Source of the DNA: Narcine bancroftii | Lineage: Eukaryota | Reading direction: 5' to 3' | Assembly (NCBI RefSeq): GCF_036971445.1 | Contig: NC_091480.1 | Span: 93,372,001 to 93,436,000 of the forward strand | Length of the DNA: 64,000 nt | In this document: positions 25,390-37,928 of the stretch, piece after piece | Layout of the letters: each line of letters opens with the position of its first letter | Numbering within the stretch: position 1 is the stretch's first letter | Program-made: the position numbers and the translations under genes | The notes under the pieces: generated by a model | Databases searched by the model: none | What the model saw: only the letters and a program-made list of their open reading frames with translations | What the model was told of the DNA's origin: nothing

Positions 25390-25970
25390 TCCTTGAGCCC
25401 ACTGTGCAAGGGACACACATCTCCTCACATGTCAGGAAGGCACAACAATAACTGCACTCTCTGAGAAGACTGAAGCGGGCAAGGCTACTGGCCACCATTA
25501 TGTCAATCTTTTACAGGAGCTCTATCGAGAGCACTCTAGCCAGCTGCATCACAGTGTATTATGGTAGCTGCAGAGAAATGGATTGGTGGTCTATCCACAG
25601 GTCTACTTCCCGATCCATTGATGTGTTCTACCGCAATTGTTGTCTGAAGTGTGTTCATATTCAGGACCCCATCTTTCAGCTGCTCCCATCAGGGAAGAGA
25701 TCCAGGAGGATCAGAGCCAGCACCACCAGGCTGAGGAACAGTTTCTTCCCATGGGCAGTGAGAATGCTGAATGACCAAAGGAACGGCTCACACTGACCAC
25801 CCGAGGCTCTCATATTCAGGAAACAATATTTATTTATTTATAAGAATACTTATCCTGAATATATATTGTTGCATGTCTGGTTGGTTGCCTGCATTTTTGG
25901 CATAGAGGACTGGAGAACACAAGTTCGTTGGGTTGTACTTGAACAATCAGATGACAAAAACTTGACTATT
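25390..25970 (+). mobile_element. Rex/Babar-like LINE 3' fragment
   Basis: FYRSSIESTLASCITVYYG...FQLLPSGKR...RLRNSFFP. Confidence 0.8.
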
Positions 25971-26064
25971 GACTGGCCCCAGGTTAAGCTTCCCCAAAGA
26001 TGAGCATTGGATTTCAGATATTTACCACCGGTTCCCAAAATGGATGCAGAAACTGCATTTTATA

Positions 26065-26455
26065 CAAGATCGTGTTATATGGCGAGCTCTCCACTGGCCA
26101 CCGTGACAGAGGTGCACCAAAGAAAAGGTACAAGGACTGCCTAAAGAAATCTCTTGGTGCCTGCCACATTGACCACCGCCAGTGGGCTGATATCGCCTCA
26201 AACCGTGCATCTTGGCGCCTCACAGTTTGGCGGGCAGCAACCTCCTTTGAAGAAGACCGCAGAGCCCACCTCACTGACAAAAGGCAAAGGAGGAAAAACC
26301 CAACACCCAACCCCAATCAACCATTTTTCCCCTGCAGCCGCTGCAACCGTGTCTGCCTGTCCCGCATCGGACTTGTCAGCCACAAGCGAGCCTGCAGCTG
26401 ACGTGGACTTTTACCCCCTCCATAAATCTTCGTCCGCGAAGCCAAGCCAAAGAAA
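26065..26455 (+). mobile_element. AviRTE-like RTE LINE, short 5'-truncated copy
   Basis: About 97% identical by eye (roughly 11 differences in 390 bp) to the reverse complement of the 3' part of the 6325-7420 copy, with the same 3' end. Confidence 0.93.
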
Positions 26456-27966
26456 TCAGAAAAGGAGCTGTGGCAAAGATGGAAAGAGACTTCAATAGAA
26501 TATAGGGAGCACGGATATAATCAGCCTACTCAACATTTGGAATAACGTTCATCATACTTGCAGGGAGATTAGAAAAAAGGCAGTAGTAACAAAAATATTG
26601 TATAAATATATCAAGGTATAAGTAGTTAGATTGTAGTAAAACACACACAGAAATGCTGGAGGAACTCAGCCGGTCTCGTAGCGTCCGCAGGATGTAAATA
26701 TATATTACTGATGTTTCAGGCCCGAGCCCTTCTTCAAGGTATAAGCAAAATCAGGCAAGCATCTTAATTAAAGACCAGAGATTAAGGGGGAAGAATGGGA
26801 GGGGGAGGAGTCCAGGACAACAGCTAAAAGGTGCTAATTGGATATGATAAGAATAAAGGTGGCTGTTAGGTCCTAGCCTCCCCATTCTTCTGCCTTAATT
26901 TCTAAAGATGCCTGTCTGATTTTTGCTTATACATCAGTAATATATCTTTGCCTCCTTGGGATGATGGCTGATATTCTGCCACATTTCTGTGTGTTTTTAC
27001 TTTATTATAAGAGAATTTGGAGCTCACAGCTACCGAGCTGTGTTGTAACCACATCTACAATGCATTGAATTGTGCACCCAAAACAAAGATAATTACCTAC
27101 AATGTAGTGTCAAGTCAATGGATTGACTCCTGGAATGAGAGGCCAACCTAAATGAAGCCACTAGAGTTTAAATAATGGTGGGATGACCCCATTGAAACAG
27201 CAGGTTGTGAGAGGAACTGACCGGATAGCCAGTGAGAGCCATTTCCTCTGGTTTGACCTTTGGAATTCTCTAACGCCAGGCAGCAGTGGATGGTCAAACA
27301 CTGAGTACTTTCAAAGCAAAGGAGGAAAATGGATTTAGAGATTGGGAGAATCAACAATAAAGAAAAATACCAAGGATGAGCAGGTTAAAGATCAGTTAGG
27401 ACTTCAATGAAAGGCAAAGCCAGTCTGTGGAGCTGCGTGGTTAGTAGAAAACTACACATTAATAAAAGGTATCAAGCTCCTGTAGTTGTATAACAAGCAT
27501 TTCTTTGTATACAATGAACTTGTTTAAAGTATATCAGTGAGTGGTATAGCATGAAAGCACGCCCTTCAGCCCATCAGATCCATGCCAATCTACACTAATC
27601 CCAATTTTTCCCCCACATTCTCTTTGGGCAGCACAGTTTACAACACCAGCAACCTGGGTGCAAATCCAGCGCTGTCTGTAAGGAGTTTGTACGCTCTCCT
27701 CATGTCTGTGTGGGTTTCCTCCCCACCCTTGAAAAACATATGGAGATTGGCCTGTAACCATACTGCATGTCTAAATTTGAAATGTAGACATTATCCCTGG
27801 ATTTTACCACCAAGGGCACATCACAGCGGTTACCTAACCAACCAACTGATACATCTTTGGGATGTGGGAGGAAACCAGAGCACCCCATAGGAAACCCATG
27901 CAGTGACAGGTCAAGCCCATACAGACAGCTCCCGAGTCAAGATTGAACCCAGGTCCTTGCACTGAG

Positions 27967-28080
27967 AGAACTGCATACAGTACTCCAAATGCAGCCTCAT
28001 CAATAATTTGTTCTCTTCCACTGGACCTTGAGAAAATGTTGGTATATTTCATTTTGACATAAAGGAAGACCATTCAGCCT
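27967..28080 (+). repeat. 114-bp exact local duplicate, copy A (partner at 29112-29225)
   Basis: AGAACTGCATACAGTACTCC...GGAAGACCATTCAGCCT is identical at both sites. Confidence 0.92.
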
Positions 28081-28609
28081 GCTACACTCATAATCTCATG
28101 GAAAACATTCAACAAATTCCTCATCTCAGTAGATCAAGAAATGCTAAATCAGTACAAGCCAGAGAAAATGTCCAGGTTTTTAACTATAATAAATATAAAA
28201 CACAATTTTACACCAAAGAGAATCTTGACCATTAAATAAAAACATCATGTTTAAATGTTGATTCCATGTCTCATTTGGAAAAGTTTCAACCTTCTCCCAA
28301 CCCTGAACACGATTACCTCTCCAAGTTTTTGTAACCTCATCCAAGATCATGCTTCAGCAGCCTGGGTCTAAAATGTGGAAATATAGACTCCAATTTTCCA
28401 ACTCCCTCTCCGAGGTTCAGCTTCTTATTTAAATCTGCTGCTTCTAAGACCTGTACTACTATTTCTGGACAAGAATTAAATACTGCAGGAACAAGAGATC
28501 AGATCTTTTTTTTAGGTACTGTAAGAATTCAGCAGACCAGGGAGTATCTATGGAGAGAGGAATAGAATTAACGTTTCAGTCAGAAAGCCTTCCATCAGTA
28601 CTGCTGCAA

Positions 28610-29145
28610 TGTGGCCCATCAAGCCTGCTCCACTATTCAATGTGATCATGGCTGATCTGATGATCGGCTCATCTCCACTTTGCTGTCTTTTCCCCATATC
28701 CCTTAATTCCTTTTCTACGTAGAAAACTATCCAACCTTCTCAAATATATTTACTGAGGTCACCTCCACTCCTTCAATGGACAGCGAATTCCATATATTCA
28801 CCACCTCTGGGAAAAGCAGTTCCTCCTCATCTCTGTCCTAAATTTTTTACCCTGAATCTTGAAGCTACGTCCCATAAATATTGGTCTCCCGTTCCGATGA
28901 AAAAAAAACTTACCTACCTCAATTTTTCTATGCCTTTCATAATGTTATACGTCTCTATAAGATCCCCTCTCATTCTTCTAAATTCCAGAGAGTACAGGCC
29001 CAGGCAAATGAGTCTCTCCTCATAAGCTTCCCCTCAACCCTGGAATCAACCTGGTGAACTTCCCCTGCACTGCCTCCAAAGCAAGTACACCCTCCCTAAA
29101 ATAAGGAGACCAGAACTGCATACAGTACTCCAAATGCAGCCTCAT
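28610..29145 (-). mobile_element. CR1 LINE 3' fragment
   Basis: Reverse strand reads RLHLEYCMQFWSPY...FTRLIPG...[11 protein letters not shown]. Confidence 0.8.
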
Positions 29146-29751
29146 CAATAATTTGTTCTCTTCCACTGGACCTTGAGAAAATGTTGGTATATTTCATTTT
29201 GACATAAAGGAAGACCATTCAGCCTTATTCTTTCTCTGCCAACGCTCAGATCAAACCCATTCTCCATCGATTTCCTGTTTCTATTCTCACATTTGGTAAT
29301 ATCCTCCTAGCATCCACCTACTCTGGGGGGAGGGGGGGGTCATTTACAATGATCAATTAACCTACCAGCAGGGCATATTTGGGAGGAAAATAAAACACCC
29401 ATGGAAACCCCATGCCCTCTTAAGTAAATAGTGCTACTCCACAGAGATCACCTGCAATCAGGGTTGAATACAGGTTGCACTTAAGGACAGAATTGATCTG
29501 CGATGCCCCCAAATCAATGAGTGTGCAATCGAAGGCACTCTGAGTAATGGGAGACTGAAATTCCAGCAGAGCCAACTCATCCTTTGCATCTCATAAAGAG
29601 AGTCAGAGTTAGCTAATCCTTTTTGAAATTAGCCCCTCAGTGACTTTCCTTACATAACAGTAAATAACTGCACGTAACACAAACATCTTCCTCTCATCAG
29701 AAAAGAAGGCATCCACAAAGACTCAATCTCACTCTGATCTTGAGAGCCAAT

Positions 29752-30248
29752 AGCCGCTTTCAGGTGGAATTGCCGGGAGAATGCCACCTGACAGCCCTCC
29801 TCCTCGCTGCCAACAGCCTCATGGTGCGGGACTATGGGGCTGGAGCGGCCGGCGCGGGGCTTCAGACTCCGAAGTACTGCGCCAGCCACCTCAGCCCTGA
29901 CATCCCGTGCAAGCCACTCCAGACCCGTAGTCCCACGCCGGCCGCCCCAGCCTTGACACCCCATGCCGTGGGGCTGTTAGGCAGCGGGGAGGGGGGCTGT
30001 CGGCAGCAGAGAGTTGGGTTGCTGGCTGATTGACATCAGCCTGCCCCCTGGTAGGCCCCTGCCGCTTTCAGGCTGCTGCTTTCAGGTGCCTGGGAGAGCG
30101 CTCGGAAGTGGAGAATATATCTTCCCGAGGTGCGTTGAGCAAGTACTCCTCGGAGACGGTTTTTCGCTTTCAGGTGGCCTCCCGACAGCCACATTCGGGT
30201 ATTTTGGGTGGCTTTACATTCGGGAATTCTGGCCACCTGAAAGCAGCT
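29752..30248. mobile_element. Non-autonomous DNA transposon (MITE), PIF/Harbinger-like
   Basis: TIRs AGCCGCTTTCAGGTGG ... CCACCTGAAAGCAGCT (15/16 match), flanked by the 3-bp duplication AAT (29749-29751, 30249-30251); GC-rich interior with internal GCTTTCAGG copies. Confidence 0.8.
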
Positions 30249-32026
30249 AATGAGGTCATCAACTTGAATTGGCATTGGAGATATGGATTCAGGAGGTAAC
30301 AGAGTTTAATGTGGTGTCTCACAGCTCCTCTCCCAGTGAAACTCAGCGAGGTGAACTGCTGCCTGAACACCACGGGAGAATGTTCCCATTATTTAAGAAC
30401 TCATCTCCTCTTTCTGCAGTAGCATTTCCCCTTCTCTTTTTCTTGTCATTCTTGTCTTGGGCAGCCATCTGTTATGATGTGCCAGGAGATGCAAACATAA
30501 TGCTTGCTATGAGGAAGCAGTAATCAAGAAGTATTTAGTATAACTTGGTTGCTTCTGCAATCAATGCTTCTATATTTAAAGCTCAGGATCTCATTTTGTT
30601 TTTAACTTTCTCAACCTGCCCTGCCACCTTCAGGTTTGTGACCTCAAGACTTCATACTCCTCTGTTTCTGTACCCTTTTAAAATTGTACATTTAGTTGAT
30701 ATTGCCTCTTCTCATTCTTCTTTCCACAAAGTATCAATTCTCATATTTCAGTTGTCCTATCTGCCCACTTCACCAGCCTATATCCTCTTGACCTCTCACA
30801 GTTGCCCAGAAGGATTATTAACAGTGATTCTTAAACAGATTAATGATACACACGGAAACTTGCCAGAGCTTTTTTTGGAACTGGTGCCAATATAATTGTG
30901 GTCTTCAGAATAGTTAAAGAGATTGTTAATATCACTTTACTGAGGGATAAAGAGCAGACATCTTTCTGGACCAGGCTTTCTCAAACTTTTTTTTTTGCCT
31001 AAGGCCCCCTTAGGACTCAAACTTTGGGCCCAAAGCTGAGTTGGCTTCTTCCATATTTCTCTCCTACCGACTACATAATAAATGTAAAAAGTATTTATGT
31101 TACGGGAGGTGAAAATAAAACAAGTTAACAGCTTCACTATTAAATCTCAAACGATAATACTTTGGATAATTTTTACATTCCGTCATGATGAACGTTGAGA
31201 ATAGGAACAGTCAAGGTATTTTCCAACAGTTTTGAACTACTTGCTCGTTCCAGGATTCTGTATTACCATTCTTCAAGGAAAACAAAATTAACATGATGCT
31301 TAAGACAAGGTTTTGAATATTTCCAAGCACAAAGTATGCCTGGGAAAATTAAATAGATTGGGCAAATTAAGATCTTCTATCAATTTTATTGAGATTTTCC
31401 ATTGCCAAAGGTAAATATATGATCAAAATCCAAGATTCCAACTCAGTGCTCCAATCAACTTTTGGATAAAGTTACTGCACCGCACGTGCATTTGTTAACT
31501 CAGCTTCATATTCTTCTATCAGGATTTTCCCTGGATCTCTCAATCTGTCAGCAATTCTCCCTATTATCATCTTGGAACAGGCAGTGTCAACTGTAATAAA
31601 ATCCTCTGACAAATGCCACTAGCTTCCTTTTATTATTGAACAAAATTAGTGAGCCCTGCCTTGCTGCTCTCCTTGAGACTAGTTGCTAATCAGAGACAGC
31701 ATGTCCATTGGTTATTTCCATGGATAAGTACAGAGATGATTTGCAGCACTGGCCCAGTATTGGGTGAGCTCCCGTAAGAGGAGAGAGACCATGCCTATTT
31801 TCTCCAAAATCTAGAAGAATTATAAAAAACTATATCAAGTTTACTGATCTGCAGAGACATGCAGAAAAAACCCCCACTGCCCCTCTCCCCTAAGCCCCAA
31901 TATCCCTGCCATCTGTAGTGTCTATCTCCATTAATCTCATTCACCTGCATTAATACCATAATTTGTTCACACTCAAATAAGTCCAGATGCTCTTTAAATA
32001 TGTGAGTGGTTGTTTTCATCATTGTG

Positions 32027-32260
32027 GGGCAGCATGGTTGGCGCAGCGGTTAGCAAAACGGCTTTACAGCGATCAGGACCGAGGTTCAAATTCTGCACTC
32101 TCTATAAGGAGTTTGTACGCTTTCCCCTTGTCTGCGTGCATTTTCCCCGGGGGCTCGTTTCCTCCCATCCTTCAAAACATACCAGGGGTGTAGGTTAATT
32201 GGGCGTAAATTAGATGGTACGGGCTAGTGGGCCGAAAGGGCTGAGCTGCATGCCTAAATC
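32027..32260 (+). mobile_element. tRNA-derived SINE
   Basis: GGGGCAGCATGGTTGGCGCAGCGGTTAGC head, B-box-like GGTTCAAATTC and family core. Confidence 0.8.
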
Positions 32261-34235
32261 TAATTTAATATGAAATTAAAATCTTCAAATGTGATTGGGC
32301 TGAAGAAAGCATGGAAGAGATTCACCAGGATCTTGCCTGGATTGAAGCCGAGTCTGGTAGGCTTTCTCGAGAGTGGAGGTCTGATAAGATGGGCACACGG
32401 GTCTCAGGGGGATAGAGGGAGAACATAGTAAAATTTGTTTGATTTGAGGAGATGATGTATTTGAGGAAGCATCTGGACCTATTTGAGTCATCAAGTCGTA
32501 GAAGTCCATGGCACCAATGCCAGGTGGCAGGGATACTGGAGCTTAGCGGAGAAGCACGACTCTACAGATCAGCAAAAGCAAATGTAGAACTGGAGGAAGG
32601 GTAGTAAATTTCTCTCTGGCAAAGGAGAGTGAAACTAGTGCGCTATAACTGGTAGGTTTCCTCATTACTTGGCAACTGATAGCAACCCAGGAGATGATGT
32701 TTTGGAGGATCCAAGGGGCTTAAATTCAGTCTGTAAGAAAACACACTGGTAGATGGAGGGGGTGTGGAAGAGAGAGGCACTCCTATCCTCGTGTAATAGA
32801 AGACCTCCTTTTAATAATAATAACATAACAATTACAGCACGGAAACAGGCCATTAGGCCCTTCTAGTCCGCACCGAACATTCTATCCTCAAGTTATTTTT
32901 TTCCAAAAGACTAGATGCTATGAAGGACGTTACTCATGCTTACTTCAATTCAAATGAAACATTCACAATCCTTTGTAAATACCAACGTACACACCCGCTG
33001 CAAAATCCCCAGTATGAAAACAGAAAAAAGTTGGAAATACTCAGCCAAACCTTTCACCAGGAAATATTGTTGTCAACACAAAATGTCAAATTTGTTTCTC
33101 TCTCCGCAGATGCTGCCTGGTTATCTGGCATTTTCTGTTTTAATTTCGGTGATTTACTCTTGCGTCAAGGTCCCCCATCCAGAGACTCTCCGAGGGGTGG
33201 AAACGTCTCTCGGCGAGAAGAAGAACTTCCAAAGTCCAACCAACGTCCCGGTCGGGGGGGGGGGGGGGGGGGGGAAGGGGTGGTGAAGCGGTGAAGCTGC
33301 TACTGGAGCCCTGACAACCTACTCCAAGTGTGCGGTCGTTGCCTCGCTTCGGCAGTTGGGACCAGCCCAGGTGTTGATAAGTATAATTGGGAAGGGCTTG
33401 CATATTGTAGTTTGAAATCAGCTTAGGATTTTGTAATAAAGATTTGTATAAACATTCACACAATGTTGGTGAACAATGCTCAGATGCCTCAAGAATTCAC
33501 TGAATCGTAAACTAGTGACGGAACAGAGTGGCAGAGAGCAAATTATAAACCTCACCTCATTTTGTTTATCCATACAATACACCAGGCACTGTGAAACACC
33601 CTTGAACTGAAAGAAACAATTGCAACTCTACTCATAGCACAGACTGAAAGTAACCACTCCATTTTGGGTCAACCAATATTATGTAAGTGCTTGGCAGTCA
33701 TTATACTTCAGCTCCCCAACAGTTAGCTTCATTTTGAACAACTGTCATAAATAACATGCTATGAAACAACCAGATGAAATCAGAATATTAGATCAATTAG
33801 GGACACTGAATTTGCATTGAGGTTTGTTGGCTGTCTTCCCAGTTTATCCACATTTGTAGGAGTGCAAACTTCTGATATTACTGGTGAGATTCATTACATT
33901 TATTAAAATGAAAGAACTATCATTTATTTCACTTCTGCTTTTTGAAATCATCCTTATCTAACTCTGACCTGCTTCTGGATAAAGTATTGTGAAACATGGA
34001 AGTCTGCAGTCGCTGTAATTGTACTAAAAATACTGGAATGCCGGAGGAACGCAGCCAGCCTTGCATCCTCCGTAGGAGGTCAAGACGTATAACCGACGTT
34101 TTGGGGCCCGAGCCCTTCTTCGCGCCACCTTGAGCCCGAAGCGTCAGTTACACATCTTCACCTCCTATGGAGGATGAGAGGCCTGCTGAGTTCCTCCGGC
34201 ATTTCTGTGTGTGTGTGACTGGATAGAATACTCAC

Positions 34236-34312
34236 TGGTTCAGGTCCAGGTCCAAAATGAAGGATGAACCAAACACATCGATCTGGAAACTTGCGTGGGC
34301 CAGATGAATAGG
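34236..34312 (-). CDS. ADAM11: ADAM11 coding exon 3 (prodomain)
   Basis: tttcatag|CCT ATT CAT...AAC CA|gtgagt; 77 nt; PIHLAHASFQIDVFGSSFILDLDLN(H), homologous to ADAM11 PVHLAQVSFVIPAFNSNFTLDLELNH. Confidence 0.93.
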
Positions 34313-34717
34313 CTATGAAACAAAATGTGCAGCTGTCAAGAAATGTCGGTTTTAAAAGTTCAAAGCAGCTGGAATAGATCTAAAAAGCTACCAACAGATT
34401 CTGCGTAATACAGGCACACCTTTTTTTTAAAAAAAAAGGGTATTACTAATTTTGTGTGCTCAGAATCTGAACTCTAACTAAATAGATTTCTATTCTAGTG
34501 ATTAAGGGACTATGTGAGTGGGGGGGGGGGGCTCTGATGGTTAGTGAAAGAGGACTTCAGGTGGTATGTGGGGGGGGGTTGAGAACCAGTTTATGCACCT
34601 CACACACAGCAAGCAGCGAGGAACAGGGATTCAGTTTTCCCCCCTTTTGCAAAGCAACTCTTGGAGCAACATCATCAGGGGGAGCTGCCTGGTTTTTACT
34701 GAGAAAGAAACACCTAC

Positions 34718-34884
34718 ACTGCTGTGATTCCGGGTTCTGGTTTTCAGCTGCCCGTGTTGGGTTTCGGTGGCCGAACCAGCGTTGTGCATCAATCGCTGGG
34801 GCTTGGTGGCTCCCTGCAAGAAGGAGCTGGTGATGCGCCGTTCGTTCCACACCGTCTCCGCCAACAGCTCGCCTTGAGTCAGCC
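34718..34884 (-). CDS. ADAM11: ADAM11 coding exon 2
   Basis: ccctccatag|GG CTG ACT...AGC AGT|gtaggt; 167 nt; TKPQRLMHNAGSATETQHGQLKTRTRN aligns with ADAM11 TEPSRLVRESSGGEVRKQQLDTRVRQ; phases 1 and 0 fit the neighbouring exons. Confidence 0.85.
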
Positions 34885-34899
34885 CTATGGAGGGAAGGG

Positions 34900-35500
34900 G
34901 TTGGGGGGGGGGGGGGAAACAGTGACAAGTTAACCGCGGGTCCCTGATTTAAGATCGAGTTTGCCTTTCCCGGCCAGAAAAGCGACGTCGGCGGGTGGGC
35001 TCGACCCCGCAGACTGGGTGTTGGTGCAGCGTTCAACGTGATGGGGGGGGGGGGGGACTGCAGGTTGCAAGACGCCAGGGGAAGCCCCATCTCGCCCAAA
35101 CCCCGAGGAGGTCCAAGAAGGGGAGGGGGGGGGAAGGGGCATTCATTTGGAAAGCGGCGCATCTCAAGTGCACGGGCTTTACCTGCAGGATCAAGGAGGT
35201 CGAGGAATGCCACGAAAAGCCAAGTCCGGGCTGGACCCATGGTCTCGTCTCTTGCGCACCTGGAGAAGCTCAGTGCGGGCCGGCGGACCCCTTCATTGAC
35301 CCCTCTCCAAGAGACGAGGAGGGGCCGAGAGGCTGCGACCTGCCCCTCACGGTCCCGCACTCTCTGCCATCAGCGTGAAACGAGCGTGGGATTCTTCCCC
35401 ATTCCCCTCCCAGGCAGTGGCACCGGCCAGCATCCTCGCCCAATGCAGCAGACTGGCCAAACCCAGCCTACGTCCCTGTATCCTCCTCCTCCTCCTCCTC
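34900..35500 (-). promoter_or_regulatory. CpG-rich promoter / 5' region of ADAM11
   Basis: Sharp rise in GC and CpG content around exon 1 against the AT-rich background. Confidence 0.65.
35183..35240 (-). CDS. ADAM11: ADAM11 coding exon 1 (signal peptide)
   Basis: accATGG Kozak context; MGPARTWLFVAFLDLLDPA(G)|gtaaag, phase 1; resembles ADAM11 MRLLRRWAFAALLLSLLPTPG; ADAM11 rather than ADAM22 is supported by synteny with DBF4B and CCDC43. Confidence 0.82.
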
Positions 35501-35736
35501 GGATTTAAATTTTACACTTCGTTTCCATCCAAATGCACGAGTCAGGCAAGCTCTTTCCGCTAAAGTGGTGCCCTGCAGATTGAGGGAAATCGAGTCCTTA
35601 TCCCTGGAGCTGACTTGGTAAACAATTGGACTGAATGCAGTCATCATCCCAACACCTTCAAAGGGCCTTCCTTGTGTCAAAAAAAATATGCACACGCTCT
35701 CATCTCTATTTGTTCAAATCCATTCCGAATTGGGTA

Positions 35737-35783
35737 TTCTTCTTCTTTGGCTTGGCTTCGTGGACGAAGATTTGTGGAGGGGG
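35737..35783 (-). mobile_element. AviRTE-like RTE extreme 3'-end fragment
   Basis: TTCTTCTTCTTTGGCTTGGCTTCGTGGACGAAGATTTGTGGAGGGGG matches the family 3' terminus. Confidence 0.8.
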
Positions 35784-35824
35784 TTAGTCGCCAACTAAAA
35801 TACCGAATGACCCATTAGGATACA

Positions 35825-36470
35825 GAGCCCTGATGTTGTGCCGACCTATCCATTTCTAAAAGGACAAAGCCCTCCCGACCCTGTAATTCTCTATTTTTCT
35901 TCCATCCACGGGTCTGTCTAAGGGTCCCTGATGTTTCAGCCTCCCCCCCCCCCTCCCCCCAAGCAAGGCATTCCAGGCACCCACAAATCACTGAAAAGAA
36001 TGATCCCTGATGTCTCCCTTAAGCATCCCTCCCTTCACTTTGTCCCCCTGGTGTTTGCTATTCCTGCCCTGGGAAACAGAGGTTGGCTGATCACCCTATC
36101 TATGCCTCTCATATTCTTGTAAGACCTCTATTACATCTCCTCTGATCCTTCTACACTCCAAGGAGTAAAGTCCGAGCTCTATTAACCTTGCCTCTGAAGA
36201 CTCTATTTTCCAAGCAATATCCTGGCAAATTTCCTCTGCACCCTCTCCACATCCTTCCAGCAATAAAGTGACCAGAATTGAACACAATACTCTAAGTGTG
36301 GTCTCACCAGAGATTTGTACAGTTGCAACATGACCTCTCTATTCTTGAATTCAATCCCCCTATTTATGAAGCCCAACCTCCCAACAGATCTTCTTAACCA
36401 TCTCATTGATCTCTGCAGCCACTTTGAGAGATGTGTGGATTTGGACCCCAAGGCCCCTCTGTCCCTCCAA
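35825..36470 (-). mobile_element. CR1 LINE 3' fragment
   Basis: LGFINRGIEFKNREVMLQLYKSLVRPHLEYCVQFWS. Confidence 0.88.
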
Positions 36471-37928
36471 TCATATGAGTGCTACCTTCTTGTCTGTCCG
36501 TAACATGGTTTCTCCGAAAAAAAAATTTGAAACAGTAGAGTAGAAATAGGCGGCAACCCCAAGTCCAGTGAAGACATTGGCACGGGCCCCATAAGTGACC
36601 CTGAAACGAAGCAGACCGGAGATACACAGGTGGGTGGAATTCAGAGCTACAACCACCCCATTGGGGGAACAGCAGCTGAGTAGGGTCTGTGGGAGAAAAG
36701 AATGGGCAGCGTTTTAGGCTGGAGCCCTTCATCAATCAAGTGAAATGAAGGATGCTAACAAACTGAAGACAAGATGCAAGAGTTCAATATTTTAAATTTA
36801 GCAATTGAATTGGTTGCATTTAGAAAAAGCAGGCTGTTTTGCCTGTGGATCATCCTAGTGAAGATAAAATTTAAAATGGATGACACACAGCTTCATTCTC
36901 ACCGTTTCTCTCTCCTGGCCTCCTCTCCACATTCAAACACCTTTATTCTGTTGGTTTGTACTCCTCTCCCTTTCTTTAAATTCAGACACCTGCCTGCTTT
37001 TAACTCGTTCCTTGAAGAAGGGCTCAGGGCCGAAGCGTCGGTTATATCTCCAAAGGACACTGCGAGACGTGCTGAGTTCCTCCAGCATTTCTGTGTTTTT
37101 ACTGTAATCGCAGCATCTGCAGACATTCTTGTTTCACTTCATTCTAAATCCAAGCAATATGGGCCAGAAATAAATAGCTGTTTTCATTTCCACCACACAG
37201 ACAAAAAAATACTTTTAAAACAAAATATACTGGCAGAAGGCTCACCTTTGAGACTATATTTCATATACTCAACTGCAATGGTGTGAAAAGCCCAGTCTGA
37301 AATACTGCAGTAACAGAACATAAATCAAGATACAGAGATAAATCATTTAAATATGGTATCAGACCCCTTTTCCATGCATCCTCCCCATCCCCAGTTCTTT
37401 CCAATCCCTCCCTTGTCTCTACTCCCTCCCTTTACTCCCCAGCTGGCTCCATCTGCCCACCACCCATGTATCTATTCAGCTGTCTTTCTCCTCCCTCGGT
37501 TCTCATTTCCTCTCCACTCCCCATTTACCCCCTTTGTATTCAGTTCTACCTACAGTATTACCTACCATCCTGTCTCACCCGCCCCTCTCACATTTGTTCT
37601 GGCTATCTCCCCTTGACACTCTCAGTCCTGATGCAGGATCTCAACCCAAAACATTCAACCATTCCTTTCCCTCTACAGCTAATCAACTTGCCGAGTTCTT
37701 CCAGCAATTTACTTTTTGCTCCAAATGTCCTATTCTTGTACCCCAATCCCTTAAAAAAAACATTATTTTCATTCCTGTTTACATTTTTGTTTCATATACA
37801 AGTATATTCAAATATAAACAGCAATTTAGGTTTCCCAATATTTTTTTAAAATACTTGCATTCTGCACGCAAACATTTCTTTCAATTAAACATCAGAAGCA
37901 GAATACAAAATGAACTTCATTGGAAGCT

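Noticed and set aside
29650-30523. Cluster of overlapping GC-rich ORFs as a nested gene
   Set aside because: Explained by the TIR/TSD-bounded MITE; no recognisable protein or coherent splice structure.
30970-31900. Possible hAT element starting CAGGCTTTCTCAAAC
   Set aside because: No convincing partner TIR, TSD or transposase motif could be found.
34557-35360. 267-aa minus-strand ORF as a single gene
   Set aside because: It is read-through of the GC-rich ADAM11 5' UTR, exon 1 and intron 1; exon 2 uses a different frame.
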